A stretch of DNA of 54,113 nt from Basidiobolus meristosporus CBS 931.73 (lineage: Eukaryota; Fungi; Basidiobolomycota): NCBI GenBank assembly GCA_002104905.1, contig MCFE01000604.1:1-54113 (forward strand), given 5' to 3'. The notes beneath the pieces were generated by a model, which saw only the letters and a list, made by a program, of their open reading frames with translations, was not told where the DNA came from and searched no databases. Made by a program: the position numbers and the translations under genes. Below are positions 40,493 to 51,769 of this stretch, one piece after another (within the stretch, counting starts at the first letter, position 1; each line of letters starts with the position of its first letter).

Positions 40493-41226
40493 AGACTTGT
40501 TCCGTTGGATAGTGCCACATTGAGCCATGAGTGCCAAATGATGCCATAGTGTGACAGAGAGGCCAAGTGAGCCTATACTTGGCCACAAAGTGTGAAACAT
40601 AGCGCTGCATCGTCATGCAAAGCAGCCCCTGTGTTTCACCTGTTGCGCAGGAGAAAATCCATTTTTTGACCTTTTTTTTTGGATCAATGTTGTGCAGGAT
40701 GTGCAAGAGCACATGCAGATTGAAGATATGCCTCTGGTACTCAATACCCATGGCACTCTGAATCTAGCTCCTGTGGCTTGTAACATGTCACAAATATGTA
40801 TGGCACTATCTTGGTCCACTGGTATGATATGGCACTATAAGTGCTTTGTATAGGTCTTACTTTAGGGCTAATATTTAAATATAGTGTCAGATAGAACCAG
40901 TGGACCAAGATAGTGCCATTCATTTTTGTGACATGATTTAAGCTACAGGAGCTAGATTCAGAGTGCCACAGGTATTGAGTACCAGATGCATATCTTCAGT
41001 TCTCCTGTGCTCTTACACATCCTTAGCTATATTGATCCACAAAAAAAGGTCAAAAAATGGATTTTCTCTAACACAATGGGTGAAACACAGGGGCTGCTTT
41101 GCATGAAGATGCAGAGCTATGTTTCACGCTCTGTGGCCAGGTATAGGCTCACTTGGCCTCTCTGGCACACTATAGCATCATTTGGCACTCATGGCTCAAT
41201 GTGGCACTATCCAACGGAACAAGTCT
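40493..41226. mobile_element. Fold-back MITE with ~330-bp terminal inverted repeats
   Basis: AGACTTGTTCCGTTGGATAGTGCC... (40493-40822) is the imperfect reverse complement of 40897-41226; 74-bp spacer; apparent 3-bp TTT TSD; inserted in an A LTR. Confidence 0.92.
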
Positions 41227-41350
41227 TTTGACATTGTCTTGGCAAAACAAAGATTCAGAAAAGATGTAGAAAGATCCCAAGAGCATGTGTGCAAGATTTA
41301 GGGCTGTTTGGACAACTTTGAGAATTTTCATGTTCTGGGTACCTGGTATT

Positions 41351-44300
41351 TGTTGTAAGAGTCTTGGAGATATTGGAAGTGATTGGGAGGACAAGTAGAT
41401 TATGTGGTTTTCACTTAATGATTTATTGAATGTAAAAGTAGTATTTATACTTTTACATGGTCTTGGCATTACAAACATGTAGAATAGGTTAAGGAAGGTC
41501 CCAAGAACATGTGTGCAAAGTTTGGGGCTGTTTGGACAACTTTGAGAATTTTCATGTTCTGGGTACCTGGTATTTTGGTGAAAATATTCTAGGTAAATCC
41601 CAACAAGGAATTTAGTCAGTATTCTCTAGGATCTGAGGGTAACAATCTAAGTGACTAAGTTAGGTGAATATTTAGGTGGAATTACAAATTTTTACAACAC
41701 TCCCACTCAGCTAAATGTTCATACTGACTAGTCCTAATTTTGACCTAAGATATTCAAACTTGTCTCTGGCTAATGGTTTGGTAAATATGTCTGCAATCAT
41801 TTCATCTGTGGGACAGTAAACTAAGCTAACTAAGTTATTCTCTATAGCTTCATGTATGAAATGATGTCTAATATCTATGTGCTTGGTTCTAGCATGAAAA
41901 GTTGGATTTCTAGCTAATTGTATACATCCTTGATTATCTTGAAATAAAGTAATAGGCGTTTTTTGACATAGGCCTAAATCTGTAAAAAGCTTTCTTAGCC
42001 ACAATACTTCTTTTGTAGCTTCACAGGCTGCCATATACTCTGCCTCTGTGGTAGAAAGTGCTACGGTTGGTTGCTTTCTTGAATTCCATGAAATTGCTCC
42101 TTTACAGTAAAGAAAGGTGTATCCTGTGGTGGATCTTCTGTCTTGTAGATTTTGTCCCCAATCAGCATCAGAGTATCCCGCAAGATCCTGTTCTGAATCC
42201 TTATAAGTGTATCTTAAGCAGATATCAGCAGTTCCTTTTAGGTATCTAAAAATCTGCTTAACTGCTGCAATACAATCAGATCCATAGTTCTGATTATGTT
42301 GGCTGACAACCCCCACTGAATATGAGATATCTGGACATGTTCCAAGCATGATATACATCAGACCGCCGACCATAGATTGATAAGGAAAGTCAGGGCTTTC
42401 AGATGGCACCAAGCTCTCTTGATTTGGTTGAGTTTTGACCAAGTTAAGGTTTGTCTCCATTGGGGTAGCTGCCGGTTTACAGTCTTCCATTTTGTACTTC
42501 TTTAGTATATCTTGAATATACTTGGATTGGCTTAGGGTAATAGTCTGGGTACTTCTGTCTATGGAGAACTTAATCCCAAAGTAGTAATTAAGTTCTCCTA
42601 AATCAGACATCTTGAACTCCTTAGATAGGCTGGATTTAGTCTCTTCCAATGTTTCTAGGTTATTGGTGGCTATAATAAGATCATCCACCTATAGAGCTAA
42701 TAAAACTGGATTTGCTCTATCTGGCTTATAGTATATACTATAGTCAGCATTACTTCTTTTGAAACTCAAGGATTCCAAATAAGAATCTATCTTGCAATTC
42801 CAGGCTCTTGGTGATTGTTTGAGACCATATAGTGACTTTTTAAGCTTGCAGACCAAATGGGGGTTATCTTGGTCAACAAACCCATCAGGCTGGTCCATAT
42901 ACACGTCCTCATCAAGTTCTCCATTCAAAAATGCAGTTTTTACATCCATTTGATGAATAAAAAACTTATATTTGGCTGCAATAGCCAATATTAATCTGAC
43001 AGAATTAAACTTGGCTACTGGTGCAAAGGTCTCAGTATAGTCAAGTCCTTTTGTTTGAGAGTATCCTTTGGCTACAAGTCTTGCTTTGTATCTTTCAATT
43101 GTACCATCAGGCTTGTATTTTGTCTTGAAGACCCATCTGCATCTAATTGATTTTTGGTTGATTGGTAATTTGACTAAGTCCCAAGTTTGATTTTCCATCA
43201 GGGCCTGATATTCCTCAGTCATTGCAGATCTCCAAAACTTTGTCTGAGGGCTATTTAGGGCCTCTTTTACAGTCTGGGGTTCATCAATATGGACTGAATC
43301 GGCATAGGCTAAGTTTGTACCCTCATTGATATAGTAATTTGGAATATTTCTTGTCCGATTGGATCTCCGGGCATTTGATACTGGAATGATCACTTCTGGG
43401 ATATTCCTGGGCACTGATTCTGGCTGAACCACAGTTGTAGAGTCCTCTGGAGTGAAAAAATTTTCATTGTTTTGCTCTGATTCAATCCTGACAATTGGTG
43501 GACTTGAGATCAGATTTTTGTCATCATCTGATGTCATTTTTTGTGAAAATTTTGAATTTTCATCAAACAACACATCCCTGGACTTGATCAGCTTCTTTGC
43601 TTTGGTATTGTAGAGTCTGTATGCCTTACTCTCATTGTAGTAGCCCAAAAATATGCATTTTACACTTTTTGGCTCAAATTTTGACTGATTTCCGGCCAGT
43701 TTTTTGGCATATGCTGTACACCCAAATATTCTTAGATGTTCTGCACTTGGTCTGTATCCATACCATGCTTCAAATGCAGTAGAATCACAAAGTATTCTGT
43801 TATAACTCCTATTTTTAAGGTATACAGCAGTGGCAACTGATTCCACCCAAAAATCATAGGATAATTTTTAATCATGGATCATAGATCTTGCCATATAAAT
43901 TATTGATCTGTTAGCTTGTTCTGCTACTACATTTTGCTGTGGGGAGTATGGTACAGTAGTCTCTTGCTTTATCCCATGAATGTTGCAGAAGTGGATGAAG
44001 AGTTTTGAGGTATATTCTCCACCATTGTCAGAGCGTATTTTCTTGATTTTTTCACCAGTTTCTCTCTCAACCATGGCTTTAAACTCCCTGAGCTTAGACA
44101 GAGCTTCTTCCTTTCTCTCCATGAAGTAGACCCATGTGTATCTTGTATAATCATCAATAAAAGTGATTAAATACTTCATCCCGCCTAAGGATAAATTTTG
44201 CATAGGTCCACACAGATCTGAGTGAATTAGATCTAATTTTTTCTTAGTTTTGATTAACCCAGAGCTCTTGAACGGTTGTCTGGCTTGTTTCCCATATATG

Positions 44301-46035
44301 CAGGCTTCACAGTGCTCCAAATTAGCTGCCGGATCAATTTTCACTCCAGAAATTAGCTGATCTTTGATCATTTTACGCAAATAATCAAAATTGATGTGTC
44401 CAAATATCCTGTGCCAAAGCATTGGTGTTTCTTCATTTAAGTTACTTATATTGGCCTCCAAATATGATGGAATGTAAGTCAACTTGTATAGATTCTGATC
44501 TCTGATGCCCAAAGCAACATGGGCACCATTTTGATCAGTGATCCTGCATCCAGAATTGTCAAAACTGAAACTGAGTCCTTCTGCTGTGGCCTTGCTTACA
44601 GAGAGTAGGTTCTTAGCTATTTCTGGTGCATAGAGTACTTCTTTAAAGGTCAGTGTATGGCTTCCTTCACTGCTTCTTAGGTTTACTTGGATAGTTCCTT
44701 CTCCCACTGCATCAAGTGTTCTGTTGTCACCCATGAAAACCTTCTTAATTGGAATTTCTTGATATTGGGTGAAAAGTTCTTTTTGGTGTGTAAAGTGTTG
44801 AGAAGCTCCAGAGTCAATATACCACGTCTGAGAATCCTTGTTTGTGGTCATATTTAGTGCAGATATGAATAGTCTATCTTCAGTTGCTGCAGCATTTCCA
44901 TATTCAGGCTTCTTTTGCTGATAATCTCTCTTTTTGAGACACTGGTCTGATGTGTGTCCTTTCCTTTTGCAGTAGTTGCAAAATAGGTTGCTGTTGCCTT
45001 TGTAGGGTCTTGGGTACCTCCTTTGTTGGTTATCATTGCTTATTAAAGCATTTTCTTCTTCCTTCTTATTGGCGCTTGATTTTCTTAATTCTGCATCCAG
45101 GAGCCTTCCATATACGTAATTTAAGGTCAAATCTTCAGTTCTGGACTCTAGGGCTGATACAAGGCCCTGAAACTTGTCTGTCAGGCTATTCAGGATGGTA
45201 ACTATCACATCCTCATCAGTAGTTGGTACGCCCACAGATTCCATCTCATCTGCCAGCAGGGTAATTCTGTTAATTAGATTTTTCATTTCTTCTCCTAGCA
45301 GCATCTTTGTAGTAAAGAATTTTTGTCTCAGATACATTTTCTTGGCAGCTGAACATGACTGGTAGGTGTCTTCTAATGCCTTCCAGGCATTCTTTGTCAT
45401 TTTTGCTCTTGAGCATTGAATTAGCAATTTGTCCTTGACATTAAGGCAAATGCAGTTAAAGGCACTTTGTTCTTTCTACTAGTACTTCAAGGCTTCCTCT
45501 CCCACGTTTTTAGGAGGGCATTTTTCTCCCATGACAATATCCCAAAGGCCTCTTTCTTGTAGCAGCATCTTCATCTTCACCTTCCACACTTGGTAGTTAG
45601 ATCTATCCAACTTTTCAGCAGAGGGAAAAATTCCAGTAATAGCAGTAGTAGACCTTGCAGAGAGTGACAGCTCAGGGCTCATAACCTGTTGTAAGAGTCT
45701 TGGAGATATTGGAAGTGATTGGGAGGACAAGTAGATTATGTGGTTTTCACTTAATGATTTATTGAATGTAAAAGTAGTATTTATACTTTTACATGGTCTT
45801 GGCATTGCAAACATGTAGAATAGGTTAAGAAAGGTCCCAAGAACATGTGTGCAAAGTTTGGGGCTGTTTGGACAACTTTGAGAATTTTCATATTCTGGGT
45901 ACCTGGTATTTTGGTGAAAATATTTTAAGTAAATCCCGACAAGGAATTTGGTCAGTATTCTCTAGGATCTGAGGGTAACAATCTAAGTGACTAAGTTAGG
46001 TGAATATTTAGGTGGAATTACAAATTTTTACAACA
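41351..46035 (-). mobile_element. Youngest full-length copia A element A3 (4685 bp) with TSD GTATT
   Basis: LTRs 45687-46035 and 41351-41699 (349 bp, 7 transitions by manual count); PBS 45675-45686; PPT 41700-41712; GTATT at 41346-41350 and 46036-46040. Confidence 0.97.
41711..45655 (-). pseudogene. Copia A3 gag-pol polyprotein (single frame, ~1314 codons, inactivated)
   Basis: ORFs 45814-45479, 45427-43868, 43846-42689 and 42688-41711 are in the same frame; start ATG>AGG, TAG TAG near 45479, TAA near 43868, TAG replacing Y of YVDD at 42689; CCHC knuckle, DSGAS, SDNGGEY and YSDADWG motifs retained. Confidence 0.93.
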
Positions 46036-46166
46036 GTATTTAGGTGAAAATATTCTAAGTAAATCCCAACAAGGAATTTGGTCAGTATTCTCTAGGATCT
46101 GAAGGTAATGATCTAAGTGACTAAGTTGGGTGAATATTTAGGTGGAATTACAAATTTTTTACAACA

Positions 46167-47222
46167 CTAATGACATCAATACTTCTTGATCAAAGGAATT
46201 AGTTACTGTGACAGCCTTTTGATATGACCATCACAGTTATTTTCACAGGGTAGAGCTGTTACAAGATCATTAAAACCCCATCATAAGGATATCAGAACAC
46301 TGTTAGGTTTCAACCACAAATGACAATTGGACATATTGGCCAGTTAGGCTCTGTCAAATAATTGTTGGTTGCATAGGACTCTTACAAATGTTGTCAGGGA
46401 CTTGGAGATATTGGAAGTAATTTGGAGAACAAGTAGATTTTATGGTTTTCACTTAATGATTTATTGAATATAAAAGTAGTGTTTATACTTTTACATGGTC
46501 ATGGCTTAGCAAGCATGTAGAATAGGCTTATTAAAGTCCCAGGAACATGTGGGCAAAGTTTGGGGCTACTTAGATAACGTTGAGAATTTCATGTTCTGGG
46601 TACCTGATGTTTTGGTGAAAATATTCTGAGTAAATCCCAACAAGGAATTTGGTCAGTATTCTCAACAATTTGTAGGTAATGATCTAAGTGACTAAGTTAG
46701 GTGAATACTTAGGTGGAATTACAAATTTTTACAACAACAAAGCCATTAGAGCTTTATCATAAGGTCATCAAAACACTATCAAGTTTATCAATACATCAAG
46801 GAGTCTAGACAGCAAAACACTATTATGACCCTGCCACAACCTAATTAATGGGGTCAAGAATTCTAAGCTGCTGGTACTAAAATGGCATCATTGTGGGATC
46901 CTGCTAGCAGATCCAGATGAGATCTATCTGCAGGACCAAGTCATTTTTCATGAGGAAAACACACTTGAATATTGCAGGCACTTGTTACAAAGTCTGGCAG
47001 TTGAGGTGCTAGACCTTACATTGCCACCAGAAGACCAGGACACATGGGAACCAGTGAACAAACAATAATATAGAGCCTCAGGGTTCCTGCCAAAGACAAG
47101 GGTAGAGGATGTTGAGGCAGAGGCACTTGTAGATTGGTAGATTTTAATGGAGTTACTAGTAAAATGTGAGACTGGGTTAAATGTTAATGTTGGGTATAGG
47201 GACTTATATAGGTCAGTATACT
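46167..47222 (+). mobile_element. CACTA-like fragments (3' terminal region joined to the ORF2 C-terminus)
   Basis: 46850-46953 terminal block; 46954-47222 matches 33800-34070; 46200-46830 resembles 13400-13580. Confidence 0.6.
46389..46736 (-). repeat. Solo LTR of copia A with TSD ACAAA
   Basis: Family-A LTR; ACAAA at 46384-46388 and 46737-46741. Confidence 0.92.
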
Positions 47223-48003
47223 TGATCGAATTTCTAAATAAGGCGCCTAGAAGCTGCATGCAAAACTTAAAGTCTCATGAAGTTTTAAGTGTGCTTCACT
47301 TGTGCAGGCGAAATAATTATCTACAACGAAGATGAGAGCATTTGAAAAGGCTATAGTCAGGTGAAAAGCTTAGTACAAAAAATCCGATAGTCACAGTTAA
47401 GTTATTATGCGCAGTGCTAACAATCTGACAGTAATCATTTCCACGTAATATGCTGTCCCGATCATAAATTGATTATAATGCATGTTGCTCTAATCATTTA
47501 TGATTTCTGTTGACTATAACTATCCAACTGCAGTCGAATGCGGTTGACCGCAGCCAATTATTGCCAGAGGCCAGAATGGTGGCTGCTGATGTTTTAGTTA
47601 GATTGCTCTAGTGCTAGATTCCCATGATAGCTCAAATCGAATAAAATATGAAGTAATCATGATTTGATTCAATACAATCCATTTAATGGAAACATCATCT
47701 ATACGTCTCATGAATATCATATGCTTTATAGATATCCCATTATATAATGGCATATGATATCAGAGAGTCATGTGACTGAAAATCAAGCGTAAATTAAAGC
47801 AGTCCCACTATGAATGATAAAATATCCATTCAACAAGGTCAGCATGACCGTTTCCCTTGATCATTTTTCTTGTGCATAAGACCCTATTGGACTTTTCTCA
47901 ATATTGCTTACACTGAGCTTGAACTAATTCAAAGTACGTATGTACCGAGGCACCCGATGTAAGCCTGGGTTTCTAACACGGTTTGCTCAAATAGTATCTT
48001 GCT

Positions 48004-49279
48004 ATGGAAACCTACACTGTCTCAGTAAAAGATACTTGGCACGAGCATGATGGCGTGACTTTCTACACAAAACTCTTTGAGGTAGAATACATTAACTTAC
48101 TTTCAAGGCTTCTTCTCATTCATCCGACCACTGTAGGTAACTCCTAAACCAAGAGCCACGGTGACACTCATTCACGGATTGGGAGAGCACTGTGACCGTT
48201 ATGAGGAGCTTGGAAAATACTTAGGAGAAAGAGGAATTCAAGTGTTTACATACGACCAACGTGGTTTTGGGAAAACCGGGTACCGTAACCCTCCCTTGGG
48301 CCATAGCGGTGGTTTCGAAAAGGTGCTACAGGATGTCGATTACTTTGTAGAGCGGTCGAGCTTTTCGGATCTGTCGGTCCCTCATTTTCTGGTATTGGCG
48401 AGTTAGATATGTAAGCATCCGACCCGATTGTAATATTAGATCGTTTTGTAGTTTGGTCACTCGATGGGTGGTATGATTGTTTTAAATTACGGTGCCGTGT
48501 ATAGCACACGCGAAATAGCCGGAATCATCGCATCAGGTGCAGTAGGGCAATTGATTAGTAAGTGAATGTTGGCTATAGCTGATACTTTGGCTACGTAGCA
48601 CCCTGTATTCAAGCTGGGAAAGGTTATATCGTTTCTGGCATCCAAGCTAAAGCTCTCGGGTTCTTGGGATCGATCCCGATTATCAACACGCTTCCGATTC
48701 AATCCAACATCAGTTAAGGCCTATACCCAGTGCGTCATCACGTCCACCAGTACTAACCCGTCCAGTAGAGGCTGAACATCTCAGTTTTAATGAAAAATCC
48801 AATCAAGAGTATATGGGCAGCATGTATAACTTTGGCTACGCATCACTCAGTTGCCGTAAGTGGCCCATCACCTCATTTTATCACCCGCCATGTTAACTCG
48901 CGCTTCAGTTTCGGATATCTTTTATTACGGGAAACTACTTCTCACTGATCGTTACAAAAACTTTTTGACTCCAGTGCTGCTGACACATGGTGAACAAGAC
49001 CAGATCACCAGGTAAACAGATTGTCATACTTTTATATCTTGCGATATACTAATCAATGCAATAGCTGTGCGGCAACAACAGAGTTTCATGACCTTCTGGA
49101 AGCAGACAAAACTCTCAAGATCTGGCCAAACTCAGCTCACGAACGTACGTAAACCCAAATGCTATCAATCATTCAGCCATTAATATAAGTTTGCAGTGCA
49201 CTTCGAGGACAACAAACAGGAAGTAATGGAGTACTATTACCAATGGCTGGACAACAAAATTCACCGGGAAGAAAAGTAG
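48004..49279 (+). CDS. Monoacylglycerol lipase/lysophospholipase-like alpha/beta hydrolase (Hydrolase_4 type), 8 exons, 294 aa
   Basis: Exons 48004-48081, 48137-48391, 48452-48536, 48599-48712, 48769-48855, 48909-49011, 49065-49144 and 49197-49279 splice in frame via GT-AG introns of 52-62 nt; IHGLGEH, YDQRGFG, GHSMGG (Ser), HGEQD (Asp), AHEL (His). Confidence 0.9.
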
Positions 49280-49607
49280 GCCAAAAGCTCGAATTCTTAT
49301 GTTCTGCATAGCCTAATTTGCATCTATTTTCCAGCTGGCCCAGCTTGGCTAAAGCATCCAATATTGACTGAGGTGCTCTTCCAGGATTCACTAAGGGTAT
49401 CTAATTATAACGGACTATTAAACCGCAAATTCTGTCAATACTACAAGCTGTCTACGCCTTTCAAGGTCCCGATATTGATAAATAATTGGGCATCAATGAT
49501 TAAATATATACGTATCCCCACATGGTTTTCAATTTGAGTGAAACTGGTTGTAGAGATAAAAGAATCATTGCCATGACCTTTATTCAGTATTGCATGCATT
49601 TTCACAT

Positions 49608-49871
49608 TTACCAATTATCCTCGTCATGGTGGCCCGATTCATCGCCAGGACCATCCTCATCCTGGTCGTCTCCGTAGTCACAGAATGGACCAGTGGCATC
49701 CTTTTCCCGGCAAACTGTCTGCTCTCCGCACATAGTCTCCACCCATTCATCGTTGACGCAGCGGATAATAGCTCGGTCATCCTCTGTGGAGCATTTACTT
49801 TCAAGGTTGTTGCAAGCCAGAACAATCTGACTCAAAAGAGCAAGCACAAGAATGGTTGCGTGGAACTTCAT
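49608..49871 (-). CDS. Small secreted CBM19-like protein S1 (87 aa), acidic tail
   Basis: Signal peptide MKFHATILVLALLSQIVLA; C-x6-C-x10-C-x4-W-x4-C-x5-C-x9-C; D/E-rich tail. Confidence 0.88.
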   Translation of the reverse strand: MKFHATILVLALLSQIVLACNNLESKCSTEDDRAIIRCVNDEWVETMCGEQTVCREKDATGPFCDYGDDQDEDGPGDESGHHDEDNW

Positions 49872-50224
49872 TAGATTATTGCCAGTGATGAAGAGTGCGG
49901 GATCTATTTATGTACAGCTTTGGAATCTGAGGTCCTTTCAATTCAGGAGCAGTCGCGTGCTAATACTGCACAGCTTGCGTTGCCTTTGCAGAGGAAACCC
50001 CTTGGTCCCCCGTACTAAATAGTCAAATCGTTCTGGATAATTCAATACCCTGGGACCTCATGGATGAAAACTATTTAAGCAAAAAGCCTAATATAGAGTA
50101 ATCTGCTAGAGACTTGTGGAAGTATAGGGCGAGGTTGGCTTATAAAAGTGGGGCATCTTCTATCGATGACACTCAACAAGTGCCAATTCCTCCACAGTAT
50201 CGTCTCCGTTGAAAGATTACACCA
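49872..50224. promoter_or_regulatory. Divergent promoter region between S1 and S2
   Basis: 353 bp between head-to-head ATGs; TATAAAA at 50141 (plus) and CATAAATA at 49905-49912 (minus). Confidence 0.55.
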
Positions 50225-50500
50225 ATGAAACTCTACGCCACGCTGATATTCTTCGCTATTTTGAGTCAGGTTGCGCATGCCTGTCAAAGTATGGAAAGTA
50301 AGTGCTCCACTGAGGATGATCGTACAATCGTTCGCTGCGTCAATGATGAATGGGTCGAAACCAAATGTGGAGAGGGAACAGTCTGCCAAGAAAAGCGTCA
50401 TACTGGGCCGTTCTGCGATTATGAAGGACATGATGACTGGGAGGAGGATAATGATGGAGAAGATCATGGTGATGGTGATGATGAAGAGAGCGAAGATTAA
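50225..50500 (+). CDS. Small secreted CBM19-like protein S2 (91 aa), acidic tail
   Basis: Same architecture as S1; TATAAAA at 50141-50147. Confidence 0.88.
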   Translation: MKLYATLIFFAILSQVAHACQSMESKCSTEDDRTIVRCVNDEWVETKCGEGTVCQEKRHTGPFCDYEGHDDWEEDNDGEDHGDGDDEESED

Positions 50501-51271
50501 AAAGATGCAAGACGTTCGAGTTGTATTTGGCTTACAATAAACAGAAGATATTCTCTTGAACAATGTTTCTTTTCGCCAGATTTAAAGGATCTTGTGCCGA
50601 AAATATCCATCTTTTGTCATCTAAATTGTGACTACTGTGACAGGTAATATCCCGAGTACTTGGATATTTGAAGATTGTATGTTACCACACGAGTGGTACT
50701 GAAGATTGTATGTTACCATGCGAGTGGAGGTGCTTTCATCTTGGCCCACCTCCATCTCCTAATCACCCTGCCATCATGCAATACTGAGCTTTGTACATAA
50801 ACCTGCAAGTTCAGCTTCAAAGGTGATAGTAGATAGGATTACTGCACATATTGCACTTCTGCACGGAAATGCTCCATTACTCTACCCGTCGCAGTTTCTG
50901 CTACTCCACAATTCTGCAGCTGCACATTTACAATTATAGAAATTAAGTTGGTAACTCGTTATCACACCATTTGCCGTCATTCCAAGCTTTTGCAGTGGTG
51001 TCTTACTCCTTAATACCTAAATTTATCTCTCCATTTCACTCCAGTGCTAGGGGGTCTGTGATACTTCTCCGGATGGATGTAGGGGATTTGCAATGGTAAG
51101 GACTTTTAGAAGCGTATTGGTCATTGATACGCAGTTATGGGGAAAGGAGCACTATATTTAGAAACTATTAGTAACCACATAGAGATACCATTTACTACTA
51201 TAAATACCTTGAAAGCTACTTCCCAAATGACACACTCACAGCCTATCCTCTACTTCAACTACGATCATACC

Positions 51272-51541
51272 ATGAGAATCTGCACTGCATTTGTTGTTCT
51301 TGCCTTTCTGAGCCAGGTAGTGATGGGATGCACCCAAAACGAAAGCAAATGTTCCTCAGAGGATGCCCAGACTATCGTCCGATGCGTCAACGATGGCTGG
51401 GTTGATACGAAGTGCGGACAAGGAACAGTCTGTCGTCAAGGTGACCACACTGGGCCATTTTGTGATCACGAGGATGTGGAAGACGATCAAGAGTGGGGCC
51501 AAGATGATGATGAGGAGGAGGAGGAGGAGGACAATGAATGA
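51272..51541 (+). CDS. Small secreted CBM19-like protein S3 (89 aa), poly-acidic tail
   Basis: Start reassigned to the ATG at 51272 (MRICTAFVVLAFLSQVVMG) by paralogy; TATAAATA at 51199-51206 lies inside the longer ORF-track frame. Confidence 0.88.
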   Translation: MRICTAFVVLAFLSQVVMGCTQNESKCSSEDAQTIVRCVNDGWVDTKCGQGTVCRQGDHTGPFCDHEDVEDDQEWGQDDDEEEEEEDNE

Positions 51542-51696
51542 TACATCGTATAGTAATAATAATATTATATGTCTACCACTATCCAAATATCCTCTAAATA
51601 ATAAAGCTCATCAGTAAGTACAATCAATGCTATGAATCTGTGATAATATCATACTATTGGCCATTCTCCTGATACTTCTCGTTGTCACATTAACTA

Positions 51697-51769
51697 TCAG
51701 TCCTTGTCATTGTCCCCATCACCGCTTGATCAGAAGGTCTAGAGCAATTGGTGCAGCATAGACTCTCAT
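51697..51769 (-). pseudogene. Internally deleted paralog of S4/S5
   Basis: ATG AGA GTC TAT GCT GCA CCA ATT GCT CTA.. (MRVYAAPIAL) joined to GDNDKD*; upstream GATTTATATTCACCA and downstream GATACTTCTC match the S4 flanks; Cys domain absent. Confidence 0.75.

Larger units (their letters stand above)
39150..46166 (-). mobile_element. Old copia A copy A4 (gag + 5' LTR) carrying three later insertions
   Basis: Gag 39150-39583 and 40117-40360; LTR pieces 40388-40492, 41227-41350 and 46036-46166 join into one family-A LTR. Confidence 0.85.

Noticed and set aside
45656-45814. N-terminal gag extension starting inside the LTR (MFAMPRPCKS...), also at 1844-2002
   Set aside because: Those ATGs lie upstream of the LTR TATA-like box (AGTATAAATAC), so they are unlikely to be on the mRNA.
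47223-48003. Possible additional gene or RNA before the lipase
   Set aside because: No convincing ORF, splice pattern or tRNA/rRNA structure seen.
51137-51271. Longer N-terminus for S3 (and 52486-52524 for S4) given by the ORF track
   Set aside because: It spans the TATA box or 5' UTR; paralogs and the signal peptide fix the downstream ATG.
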